NCBI GenBank assembly: GCA_947463885.1
Contig: CANHUQ010000001.1
Span: forward strand, 1 to 56,765
Direction: 5' to 3'
From: Burkholderiales bacterium
GTDB lineage: Bacteria > Pseudomonadota > Gammaproteobacteria > Burkholderiales > Burkholderiaceae_E
DNA: 56,765 nt
The notes below the pieces were generated by a model that was given only the letters and a program-made list of their open reading frames with translations, made no database searches and was not told the origin of the DNA. Shown in pieces: positions 21,198-29,750 of this stretch. Both the position numbers and the translations under genes were made by a program. The stretch's first letter is position 1; each line of letters opens with the position of its first letter.

Positions 21198-22391
21198 ATG
21201 CCCCAGCTCACGTCACACCCGATCCCCCGGTCGGCTGCGCAGCCGCCTGCCGCCCCGACGCACACCTTGCACAACGCGGCGCACCCGGGCGCCCACCGGC
21301 AGCACGCACTATTGGATGCGTCGCTGGGCACGCCCGCGCGGCACGGGGCGAGCCATCATGGCAGTGGTCGGCGGCCGCGCGAGCGGGCACTGCGCAGGGG
21401 CCCGGATCGGGTGCTGATCGTCGGCGCTAACCCGCTGGGGCGCACGCTGGCCCGCGCCCTGCTCCGCCAGGCGCACCCTCGACTGCACCTGGCGGGCTTT
21501 GTGGATGACCGCCTGATTCCACGCGCCGAAGACTCGGCGCAACGGCTGGAAGCGCCGCTGCTGGGCACGACACAGCGGCTGGGCGAATGCGTGCGGGCAC
21601 GTCATATCGATCGGGTGTATTTCGCGCTGCCGATGAGCGCACAACCGCGTATCCGCGCGTTGCTCGAGCAGCTCGGCGACACCACAGCCTCGGTGTATTT
21701 CGTACCCGATATCCAGCTGGCCGAGCCGCTGCGCGTACGGCTGGAAACCGTGGCCGGGCTGCCGGTCGTGGGGGTGTGCGATACGCCGTTTCGCGGCGCA
21801 CGCGCGGTCTACAAGCGCATCTTCGATGTGGCGGTGGCCGTGCCGGCGCTGATCGCCGCAGCGCCGCTGATGCTGGCAATTGCGGCGGCGATTCGACTCA
21901 CGATGCCCGGGCCGGTGCTGTTTCGACAGCGCCGCTACGGCCTGGATGGCGCCCCGATCGAGGTTTGGAAATTTCGCACGATGCGCGTGCAGGAAGATGG
22001 GGCGGTCGTGCGTCAGGCCACGCGGTGCGATGACCGGGTCACACCGCTGGGTGCGTTTCTCAGACGCACCTCGCTCGATGAATTGCCTCAGCTCTTCAAC
22101 GTGCTGCGCGGCGAGATGAGCGTGATCGGCCCCAGGCCACACGCGGTGGCGCACAACGAACATTACCGCCGACTGATTCGTGGCTACATGGTGCGCCACA
22201 AAGTGCGACCGGGCATCACGGGCTGGGCCCAGGTCAATGGCGCGCGCGGCGAGACCGATACGCTGGAAAAGATGGAGCGCCGCGTGGCCTACGACATGGA
22301 GTACCTGGCGCACTGGTCACCGGCGATGGATGTGCGCATCTTGTGGCGCACCGCGGTGCAGGCCCTGCGTGGCGACGACAATGCGTACTGA
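21198..22391 (+). CDS. polyprenyl-phosphate hexose-1-phosphate transferase (WbaP/WcaJ-type Bac_transf), short form without N-terminal TM bundle
   Basis: Rossmann-like RVLIVGANPLGRTL, one TM segment (IFDVAVAVPALIAAAPLMLAIAAAI), then PGPVLFRQRRYG, DELPQLFNVLRGEMSVIGPRP, KVRPGITGWAQV. The start is uncertain: the first ~70 residues are low complexity. Confidence 0.85.
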   Translation: MPQLTSHPIPRSAAQPPAAPTHTLHNAAHPGAHRQHALLDASLGTPARHGASHHGSGRRPRERALRRGPDRVLIVGANPLGRTLARALLRQAHPRLHLAGFVDDRLIPRAEDSAQRLEAPLLGTTQRLGECVRARHIDRVYFALPMSAQPRIRALLEQLGDTTASVYFVPDIQLAEPLRVRLETVAGLPVVGVCDTPFRGARAVYKRIFDVAVAVPALIAAAPLMLAIAAAIRLTMPGPVLFRQRRYGLDGAPIEVWKFRTMRVQEDGAVVRQATRCDDRVTPLGAFLRRTSLDELPQLFNVLRGEMSVIGPRPHAVAHNEHYRRLIRGYMVRHKVRPGITGWAQVNGARGETDTLEKMERRVAYDMEYLAHWSPAMDVRILWRTAVQALRGDDNAY

Positions 22392-22438
22392 TCAAGGCGT
22401 ACTGATCAAGGCGTTCTAATCAACGCGTACTGATCAGC
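22383..22438. repeat. 4 x 14-bp tandem repeat overlapping the stop codon of the priming transferase
   Basis: GCGTACTGATCAAG, GCGTACTGATCAAG, GCGTTCTAATCAAC, GCGTACTGATCAGC. Each copy contains the TGATCA palindrome or a variant of it. Confidence 0.8.
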
Positions 22439-22498
22439 ACCTAGGGATGGACTGCCCGATGCCGCGAGCCTGCGGCTGCGGCCGGCCAAAGATCAGGC

Positions 22499-23209
22499 TT
22501 AGGACTTGCTGAGCAGCAGCTTGAGGTCGGCTGCGATATCGGCTGCGCTCGCACCATGGCGCACATACAGTCGCAACTGCCCTGCTCGGTCGATCACGTA
22601 GCTCGCAGCGGTGTGATCGATCGAGTAGTTGTCGGCGCTGGTGCCGGCATTGCGCTGCATGAAGACCTTGAATTCACGGGCAGCGCGCGTGGTTGCAGCG
22701 GCGTCGCCCGACAGGCCCAGAAAGCGCGGGTCAAAGGCGGTCACGTAGCCGGCCAGCACGGTAGGCGTATCGCGCTCGGGGTCCAGGGTCACGAACAGCA
22801 CCTGCACCTTGTCGGCATCCGGGCCCAGTTGCTTCATGACCTCGGCCATGGTCACCAGGGTCGTCGGGCAGACATCGGGGCACTGCGTGAACCCGAAGAA
22901 CAGCACGACCAGCTTGCCGCGAAAGTCGGTCAGCGTGCGGGCTGCACCCGTGTGATCGGTGAGCTCCAGCGTCTTGCCGTAGGCGGCGCCCGTGATGTCG
23001 GTGGCTTTAAACGAGGTCGATGCAGCGGCGGCGTCGGTGCCCGACGGCTTGCCGGCCTGGGTGAGCCCGAGACGCTCGCAGCCGGCCATGAGCAGACACA
23101 GGCTCGCGATCAGGGCGATGACGACCCACTGACGCAGCACGGGGCGGCGTCCGGTCGCTTTCAGGGGGGTGGCTGCAACGGTCACGGCAGTGTTCACGGC
23201 AGCGGTCAT
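22499..23209 (-). CDS. SCO1/SenC copper chaperone
   Basis: Thioredoxin-fold [11 protein letters not shown] (CxxxC) motif and an N-terminal lipoprotein-like LMAGC. ATG 23209 overlaps the ctaB stop (ATGA). Confidence 0.85.
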   Translation of the reverse strand: MTAAVNTAVTVAATPLKATGRRPVLRQWVVIALIASLCLLMAGCERLGLTQAGKPSGTDAAAASTSFKATDITGAAYGKTLELTDHTGAARTLTDFRGKLVVLFFGFTQCPDVCPTTLVTMAEVMKQLGPDADKVQVLFVTLDPERDTPTVLAGYVTAFDPRFLGLSGDAAATTRAAREFKVFMQRNAGTSADNYSIDHTAASYVIDRAGQLRLYVRHGASAADIAADLKLLLSKS

Positions 23210-24096
23210 AGCCAATGGTCGATCAGCAGTGCGCCGAAGAGCGCTGCCAGATATGTGATCGAATACGTGAAGGTGCGTCGGGCCAATGCGTCGGAATACT
23301 GGCGCCACAGCCGCCAGGCGTAGGCCAGGAAGATCCCGCCGAGCACCAGCGCACAGACCAGGTAGAGCAGACCGCTCATGCCGATCAGATAGGGCAGCAC
23401 CGTGGTCGCGACCAACAGGCAGGTGTAGAGCAGGATATGCAGCCGCGTGAACTGCCCGCCATGGGTCACCGGCAGCATCGGCAGGCCCGAGCGGCGGTAG
23501 TCCTCGACGCGATACAGGGCGAGCGCCCAGAAGTGCGGTGGCGTCCAGACGAAGATGATGAGAAACAGCACCAGTGCCTGCGGGCCCACATCATTGGCGA
23601 CCGCCGCCCAACCCAGTAAGGGAGGCATGGCGCCGGATGCGCCGCCGATCACAATGTTTTGCGGCGTGGCGGGCTTGAGCACCAGGGTGTAGACCAGCGC
23701 GTAGCCCACGAAGGTGGCCAGCGTGAGCCACATGGTGAGGGGATTCACGAACGCCAGCAGCAACCAGGCACCGGCCCCCGCCAGCAACAACGCGAACGCC
23801 GCTGCACCTGAAACCGAGACCTCGCCGCGTGCAGCGGGGCGCCCGCGCGTGCGCGCCATGCGGGCGTCGATGCCGCGCTCGACCAGACAGTTGAAGGTGA
23901 AGCCTGCACCCGCCAACAGCGAGATGCCGAGGGTGCCAAACACCAGGATGCGCCAGGGCACCATGCCCGGGTCCGCCAACACCATGCCGATCACGGCACA
24001 AAAGGCCGTGAGCATCACGATGCGTGGCTTGGTGAGCGCCACGTACTGGCCCAGCAAGTGGGCCCACGTGGCTTGGGGGCGCTGAATGAGGTCCAT
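23206..24096 (-). CDS. ctaB: protoheme IX farnesyltransferase (heme O synthase)
   Basis: [31 protein letters not shown], UbiA-family TM pattern. The start could instead be 24126 or 24144. Confidence 0.9.
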   Translation of the reverse strand: MDLIQRPQATWAHLLGQYVALTKPRIVMLTAFCAVIGMVLADPGMVPWRILVFGTLGISLLAGAGFTFNCLVERGIDARMARTRGRPAARGEVSVSGAAAFALLLAGAGAWLLLAFVNPLTMWLTLATFVGYALVYTLVLKPATPQNIVIGGASGAMPPLLGWAAVANDVGPQALVLFLIIFVWTPPHFWALALYRVEDYRRSGLPMLPVTHGGQFTRLHILLYTCLLVATTVLPYLIGMSGLLYLVCALVLGGIFLAYAWRLWRQYSDALARRTFTYSITYLAALFGALLIDHWL

Positions 24097-24106
24097 GGGC
24101 AGGGGA

Positions 24107-25291
24107 TCAGGCCCGTGATCGGGCATTGGCCACGCCCGGATCATCGTGGGATGAGGGCGGCCACTGGGCGGATACGTCCATCGAAACGCGTGCCGAGCGA
24201 CATACGAAGGCTACCACGACGAGCAGGCCGACCAGGGCGGCTGCACCACCCGTGTGTGCCACCGCAGCAGCCAGCGGCCAATCCAGAAAAATATTGGTCA
24301 GGCCGGTGACGGCTTGCAGCACCAGCACCGCCGCCAATGCGTGACCGTAGCGGCGCAGCACCGCGACCCCTTGCAGCCGCCACGCCAGCAGGCCCAGCAC
24401 GGCAAAGACGACAAAGGCGAAGCAGCGATGCGTCAGATGAATGGCAGTGAGGGCCTGAAAGGGCAACGCGCGGCCATCACCACTCACCCCCAGGGCTCGC
24501 CACAGCTCAAAGCCCCGGGCAAAGTCGGCCGGCGGCCACCACTGGCCTTGGCACATCGGGAAATCACGGCACGCCAGGGTGGCGTAATTGGTGCTGACCC
24601 AGCCACCCAGGGCGATCTGTACCCAGAGCAGGGCCAGCGCACCCAGTGCCAGCGGCGCCAGCTGCCGCGCTCGCGCGGCGTCGTGGGGAAGCGCAGGCAC
24701 CGGCGCGTCGGTGCGGGCCCATTGAGCGACCAGCAGTGCAAACAGCCCCATGCCGCCCAGCAGATGCAAGGTCACAATGGCCGGTTGCAGCTTCATGGTG
24801 ACGGTGAGCGCACCGAATGCGCCTTGCATGAGGATCCAGGCCAGGGTGAACCACGCCAGCGCCACGCTGGGCAGCGGCGCGCGCGCAGTGGCCGAGACGG
24901 GCTTCGCACGCGACACACCCGCGCGCGACACCGTGCGGCGGGCCAGAATGACCAGGGCAATCACGATCAGACCCAGGACGGCTGCGATGTACCGGTGCAG
25001 CATTTCAACCCAGGCCTTGAATACCGTGACCGGACCATCCGGGCGCTCGGCGGCTTCCGTGCGGATGTGCTCGAGCGCGCCCAACGGCGTGGCCTTGCCA
25101 TAGCACCCCGGCCAATCGGGGCAGCCCAGGCCGGCATCGGTGACCCTCACGAAGGCGCCGAACATGATCAGGTCGAAGGTCAGAAACAGCGCCACGGCAA
25201 GCAGCCTGCGCCAGGCGGCCCCGGACCGCCGCGATGCCGCTGGCGGGTTCGGATGCGTTGACGAGCTCAGATGCTCTGATGAGACCGCCAT
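24107..25291 (-). CDS. ctaA: heme A synthase (COX15/CtaA)
   Basis: Multi-TM protein with [12 protein letters not shown] and conserved His-containing helices. Positioned between ctaB and the cox-cluster TM protein. Confidence 0.85.
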   Translation of the reverse strand: MAVSSEHLSSSTHPNPPAASRRSGAAWRRLLAVALFLTFDLIMFGAFVRVTDAGLGCPDWPGCYGKATPLGALEHIRTEAAERPDGPVTVFKAWVEMLHRYIAAVLGLIVIALVILARRTVSRAGVSRAKPVSATARAPLPSVALAWFTLAWILMQGAFGALTVTMKLQPAIVTLHLLGGMGLFALLVAQWARTDAPVPALPHDAARARQLAPLALGALALLWVQIALGGWVSTNYATLACRDFPMCQGQWWPPADFARGFELWRALGVSGDGRALPFQALTAIHLTHRCFAFVVFAVLGLLAWRLQGVAVLRRYGHALAAVLVLQAVTGLTNIFLDWPLAAAVAHTGGAAALVGLLVVVAFVCRSARVSMDVSAQWPPSSHDDPGVANARSRA

Positions 25292-25296
25292 GATGC

Positions 25297-26034
25297 TTAT
25301 CCGACCCGCGAGGCCTTGAGCAGGCGGCCGATGTCCTTACGGATGCGCGCCGGCTCGCCATCGGCCGGAAAACGCATCATGAGATTGCCAAGCGGATCGA
25401 TGATGTAAAGATAGTCACGCAGACTGCGGCCAGGACCGGCCGGGAACAGCGTCTGCAGCTGCGCTGCATCGGCGCGCAGCACAAGGGTGCCGGCGTATTC
25501 ACGCTCAAGCATGGCGGCATCTGGCGCGGTTGTATCGTTCACCAGCCAGACACGGTCGATCCGATCGCGGTCTTTGCCGGTCATGGTCCGCTGCTGACGC
25601 AGCGCGTAGAGCTTGCTGATGCAGGCGGCCTCACAGGCGCCCGCATCAATGTGCAGGATGACCCACTGCCCAAGCAGCGCCTTGAATGCATAGGGCGTGC
25701 CGTCGGGCTGCGACAGCTTCAATTCGGGCACCGGGCGCTGCGGCTCAATGAGCTCCCCGAAGTTGGTGCGTCCGACCGGCGGAAAGACGTAGTACATCAG
25801 GTAGGACAGGATCACTGGCGCCGCGCACACCAGCAGGATGGCCAGCAGTTTCAGACGCTGTGTGCGTGGATTTCTCGTGGGAGGGAGTGATCCGCGGGCA
25901 GTTGAAGTCACCGAGGAAGGTGTGGACGACACCATGGACGAAGACCCCGACGACGATCCAGGCGCGGACGAACCGGTGGACGAAACGTTAGAAGAAGTGG
26001 CGGACGAAGGCACGGAGGACGGCTCGTTATTCAT
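25297..26034 (-). CDS. conserved cox-cluster membrane-anchored SCO-like/thioredoxin-fold protein with Ser-rich N-terminal extension
   Basis: RLKLLAILLVCAAPVILSYLMYYVFPPVGRTNFGELIEP..., matching the protein normally found between SURF1 and ctaA in Burkholderiales (from memory). ATG 26034 gives MNNEPSSVPSSATSSNVSSTGSSAPGSSSGSSS... Confidence 0.65.
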   Translation of the reverse strand: MNNEPSSVPSSATSSNVSSTGSSAPGSSSGSSSMVSSTPSSVTSTARGSLPPTRNPRTQRLKLLAILLVCAAPVILSYLMYYVFPPVGRTNFGELIEPQRPVPELKLSQPDGTPYAFKALLGQWVILHIDAGACEAACISKLYALRQQRTMTGKDRDRIDRVWLVNDTTAPDAAMLEREYAGTLVLRADAAQLQTLFPAGPGRSLRDYLYIIDPLGNLMMRFPADGEPARIRKDIGRLLKASRVG

Positions 26035-26442
26035 TCGTTCGATTCTACCGCCGGCCTGCGCTTGAGCCGGCTCAATGCCCCGCACTGCGAAGGGAGCGAG
26101 GCTGTGCCAACCCTGTCTCACAGAGTGGCTCGCATGCCTGAAGGCTCCTTGATCGAACCGACAGCCCGCACCCGGCCGATGTCGTTGCACCCGGCGATGC
26201 CGAACAGGTCGGATACGAAACCCGCCCCGTGCCAATCACATGGCCAGCCAATCCATGCGGCGCGACGCGGGTGGCTGCTGTACATCGCCACCGCGCTGCT
26301 GTGTGGGGCTTCACAGCAGGCATCGGCGACCACTTCAGGTCATGACACTTCAGGTCACGACACCTCAGCTGATGACCGGCTGGTGCTGCGCGCAGGATGG
26401 GTTTTGCGCGCCTGCGACTGCTGACGCGGGAGCCCACGACAT

Positions 26443-27891
26443 ATGTTTGCCGAATCGGTCGCCGAGATCGCCCGCGGCAGGCGCCTATTCGATGTCTGCC
26501 TGGTGGGATCAGGACCGGCAGGCATCACCCTGGCGAGCGAACTTGATGCGCGCGGGCTGTCGGTGCTGTTGCTTGAAGCCGGGGGCGCGCACGTGGACCC
26601 GGCCTCGCAGGAGATGTTTGAAGCGGAAGTAGTGGGACCCTTGCGCTTCGACCCCGCCGTGGCCCGCCTGCGCTGCTTCGGGGGCAGCTCCAATCACTGG
26701 GGAGGCTTTTGCCGGCCACTGGATGCGATCGACTTCGAGGACAAGATCCCGGGTATCGACAGCGCCTGGCCGATCGCACGCAGCGACCTCGACCCCTTCC
26801 TCGGTCGGGCCGAAGCCATTCTCGAATTGCCGGCCGCGCAGCCTGACACCGCCTTCGGTGAACGGGTGCGCCACACCCCGATGCGGTATTCGCCGCCGGT
26901 CCATTTCGCGGTGAAGTATCGGCCGCTGCTGCAGCGCTCCTCGCGCACACTGGTGGCGCTGGACGCCTGCGTGGTCGGGCTGCAGGAGCGTGCAGGGCAC
27001 ATCCATGCACTGCAGGTCTGCGGGCCGGACGGGGTACCGCATGCCCTGCGGGCACGCCAGGTGGTGCTGTGTGCGGGAGGGATCGAGAACAGCCGTTTGC
27101 TGCTGTGGGCCAATGCCTGCAACGGCGGGCGGATCGTGCCCGAACCGTACGCACTGGGCCGCTACTGGTTCGAGCATCCTCACTTCACCTTGGGCGAGGC
27201 CTGGCTCGAGGATGACTCGGCCTTCGCGTTCGATCGCTGGTCGATCGCATGGGTTGCACCGATGCAGCATGTGCTGCGCGATCAGGGCATGCTCAATGTC
27301 GGTCTGCGGCTCACGCGCCAGCATCGCGAGACCGCTCGGGAAATCGCGGTGCGACTGGGATGTGTTGCCCCTGCACTGGGTCGCGCAGCGCTGTCCCAAC
27401 TGGGCCGTCGCCTGACCTGCGGAGTGCTGTTGCGGGCCTCGTGGGAGCAAGCCCCCCAGCCCTGGAACCGCGTGGTGCTCAGCGCTGATCGCGACCGGCT
27501 CGGAGTGCCTCGCGCCGAGCTGCACTGGCGGCTGGGCGATCTGGAGCGCACCAGTGCGCGCAATGCCGCACTGATGCTGGCGACTGAATGCGCGCGCCGT
27601 GGCGTGGGCCGAGTGCGGCTGGATGACTGGGTGCTCGCGCGCGGCGCGTTTCCTGCCGATGACGAGATCAAGGGCAATCACCACATGGGCGGCACACGCA
27701 TGTCACGCGATGCACGGCGTGGCGTGGTCGATGCGAACTGCCGCGTGCACGGATGCGCCAATCTCTTTGTGGCCGGCTCCTCGGTCTTTCCAAGCGGTGG
27801 CGCAAGCAACCCCACGCTCACGATTGTGCAGCTGGCCCTGCGCTTGGCCGATCACCTCGCTCGCCCTGCGCGTGCACAGGCCCTCACATGA
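26443..27891 (+). CDS. GMC family FAD-dependent oxidoreductase
   Basis: DVCLVGSGPAGITLASELDARGLSVLLLEAGG (FAD beta-alpha-beta fold), GGSSNHWGG, and C-terminal GNHHMGGTRM...NLFVAGSSVFPSGGASNPTLT. Confidence 0.85.
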   Translation: MFAESVAEIARGRRLFDVCLVGSGPAGITLASELDARGLSVLLLEAGGAHVDPASQEMFEAEVVGPLRFDPAVARLRCFGGSSNHWGGFCRPLDAIDFEDKIPGIDSAWPIARSDLDPFLGRAEAILELPAAQPDTAFGERVRHTPMRYSPPVHFAVKYRPLLQRSSRTLVALDACVVGLQERAGHIHALQVCGPDGVPHALRARQVVLCAGGIENSRLLLWANACNGGRIVPEPYALGRYWFEHPHFTLGEAWLEDDSAFAFDRWSIAWVAPMQHVLRDQGMLNVGLRLTRQHRETAREIAVRLGCVAPALGRAALSQLGRRLTCGVLLRASWEQAPQPWNRVVLSADRDRLGVPRAELHWRLGDLERTSARNAALMLATECARRGVGRVRLDDWVLARGAFPADDEIKGNHHMGGTRMSRDARRGVVDANCRVHGCANLFVAGSSVFPSGGASNPTLTIVQLALRLADHLARPARAQALT

Positions 27892-29405
27892 TCCGCACGC
27901 GTCTGACCCCACGCATGCGCCGCGTCCTGCAGGTCATGACGGCCCTCGCATTGCTGCTGAGCGCCGGGCTGGCAGCCCACGAACTGCGCGCGCGTCGCGC
28001 CGTGGCAGGCTGGACCGAGCGAGCCCTTCCGATCGAGCCTCAAGCGATGCCCTTGGCGCGGGTGCGCGCAGGCTTCGAACGCATGGACGCACCCGGTGCC
28101 GCCGACTATGACGCGCTTGCCCTGCATCTGCTGGAGGGCTGGACGGCGTATCGCACACCCGATGCAGAGCGCGCGCACTATCCCGGCGAGCCCAGCGATG
28201 CCGGTCGCCCTCAGGACGGCCTGGAGGGCTTTGCGCGCATGCTGCCGCTGGCGGCCGTGCGCTGGGCGGGCGGTGCATCCCCGGTCATTGCCACCGTCAG
28301 CGATGCACAGCAAGCGGATCTGGGCGCATTGTTTGCCCAGGGCCTGAAGGTCGGCACCGATCCGGCCCATCCGAATTACTGGGGCGCGATCCGCGACTAC
28401 AGTCCGCAACTGGTGGAGGCTGCCGACATTGCGCTGGGTCTGTGGATCGGGCGTGCGCAATTGTGGGACGGCCTGGATGCTGGCACCCGACAGCAGGTGT
28501 CGGACTGGCTCATCGGAGCACTGACGAGTCAGCCGCACGAGGGCAACTGGCAGCTGTTCCCGCTGATCGTGCATCGGGCACTGCAGGGGCTAGGGGTGGA
28601 TGTGCGCCGCTTCGATGCGCGCATGACCTCGAACTGGGAGCACTTCCGGTCCTTGCATCGCGGCGACGGATGGTTCGAGGACCCACCGAACGGATTTGAT
28701 TTCTACAACGCCTGGGGCGTGCATTACGGCTTGTATTGGCTGCGGCGCATGGATCCGAACTTCGAACCGGAGTTCATCGGGCAGGCGCAAGGCGCGTTCG
28801 CAGGCTTTCAGCGGCACCTCTTTTCACAACGCGGCCATCCCCTGATGGGGCGCAGCGTGTGTTACCGCATGGCCGCACCGACGCCGCTGCTGGCCGCACA
28901 GTTCACGGCACCAGACGCAGTGGCTTCCGGCGAAGCGCTGCGCGCCCTGGACCTCACCTGGTCCTGGTTCCTGCGCCAGGGTGCGATCAAGGCCGGGGCA
29001 CCCACCTCGGGATTTTGCGGCGATGATCCGGCGCTGCAGGCGCGCTACTCCGGGCCGGCGAGCTGTCTGTGGTCGCTGCGCGCATTGGTGTTGGCGCTGG
29101 ACCTGCAGGCCCACAACGGTCTGCTGGATCAGCCGCGTGCGCCCCTGCCGGTGGAGCGAGGTAATTTCACAGTGCATCAGCCGGTGTCGGGTTGGACCAT
29201 CCTGGGCGAGCAGTCCACTCAACGCATTGAACTGGTGCTGCCCGCGCAGACCGACACACCCGACACGCGCTGGCGCGATTACGGGTGGGCAGCCCGCATG
29301 ACTGAGGCCTGGCTGCACAGCCCCCGACGGCCTGACAACCATCCCGCGCTCTATCTGCGCCACCGGTATCCCAACGGCGAAGCCCGCACCGTCTGCGAGC
29401 GCTGA
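27888..29405 (+). CDS. DUF2264-like protein with N-terminal signal anchor
   Basis: EGFARMLPLAA, HPNYWGAIRDYSPQLVEAADIALGLW, GNWQLFPL, GDGWFEDPPNGFDFYNAWGVHYGLYW, GRSVCYRMA follow the DUF2264 pattern as I remember it. ATG 27888 overlaps the GMC stop (ATGA). Confidence 0.65.
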   Translation: MIRTRLTPRMRRVLQVMTALALLLSAGLAAHELRARRAVAGWTERALPIEPQAMPLARVRAGFERMDAPGAADYDALALHLLEGWTAYRTPDAERAHYPGEPSDAGRPQDGLEGFARMLPLAAVRWAGGASPVIATVSDAQQADLGALFAQGLKVGTDPAHPNYWGAIRDYSPQLVEAADIALGLWIGRAQLWDGLDAGTRQQVSDWLIGALTSQPHEGNWQLFPLIVHRALQGLGVDVRRFDARMTSNWEHFRSLHRGDGWFEDPPNGFDFYNAWGVHYGLYWLRRMDPNFEPEFIGQAQGAFAGFQRHLFSQRGHPLMGRSVCYRMAAPTPLLAAQFTAPDAVASGEALRALDLTWSWFLRQGAIKAGAPTSGFCGDDPALQARYSGPASCLWSLRALVLALDLQAHNGLLDQPRAPLPVERGNFTVHQPVSGWTILGEQSTQRIELVLPAQTDTPDTRWRDYGWAARMTEAWLHSPRRPDNHPALYLRHRYPNGEARTVCER

Positions 29406-29532
29406 GCCCACCCGCATCGGTCTGAGGCGATACCCCCCGCGTGGCGCCACCGCCACGCCCACTGCCGTGCGCGCTGCGCAGGTCGGCCAAGCTCGGCCGT
29501 TCATCGGCCCGCACACCTGAAAGCTTGACGCT

Positions 29533-29548
29533 TGGCACCCATGGTGCC
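29533..29548 (+). promoter_or_regulatory. candidate sigma-54 (-24/-12) promoter upstream of the lipoprotein pair
   Basis: TGGCACccatggTGCc. GG (29534-35) and GC (29546-47) have the canonical 12-nt offset, the -24 hexamer is perfect, and it lies about 200 nt upstream of ATG 29751. Confidence 0.3.
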
Positions 29549-29750
29549 GCCGATCTGCCATGCCAGCCCGTCGGTCCGTCCGACCGCTTAGTCGCCACGG
29601 CCACGCCCGTACGGTGCGTCCTCGAAAGCCCTCGACCGATGGTCTTTCGATGGTCCGCACGCACCTGACGCCAACCCGGCATCCGGCGCTCCGCGGTCGA
29701 CTCATGCCAGGCGCCCACCAGCGCTGCGCACGCACCTTTGGATATCCGAC

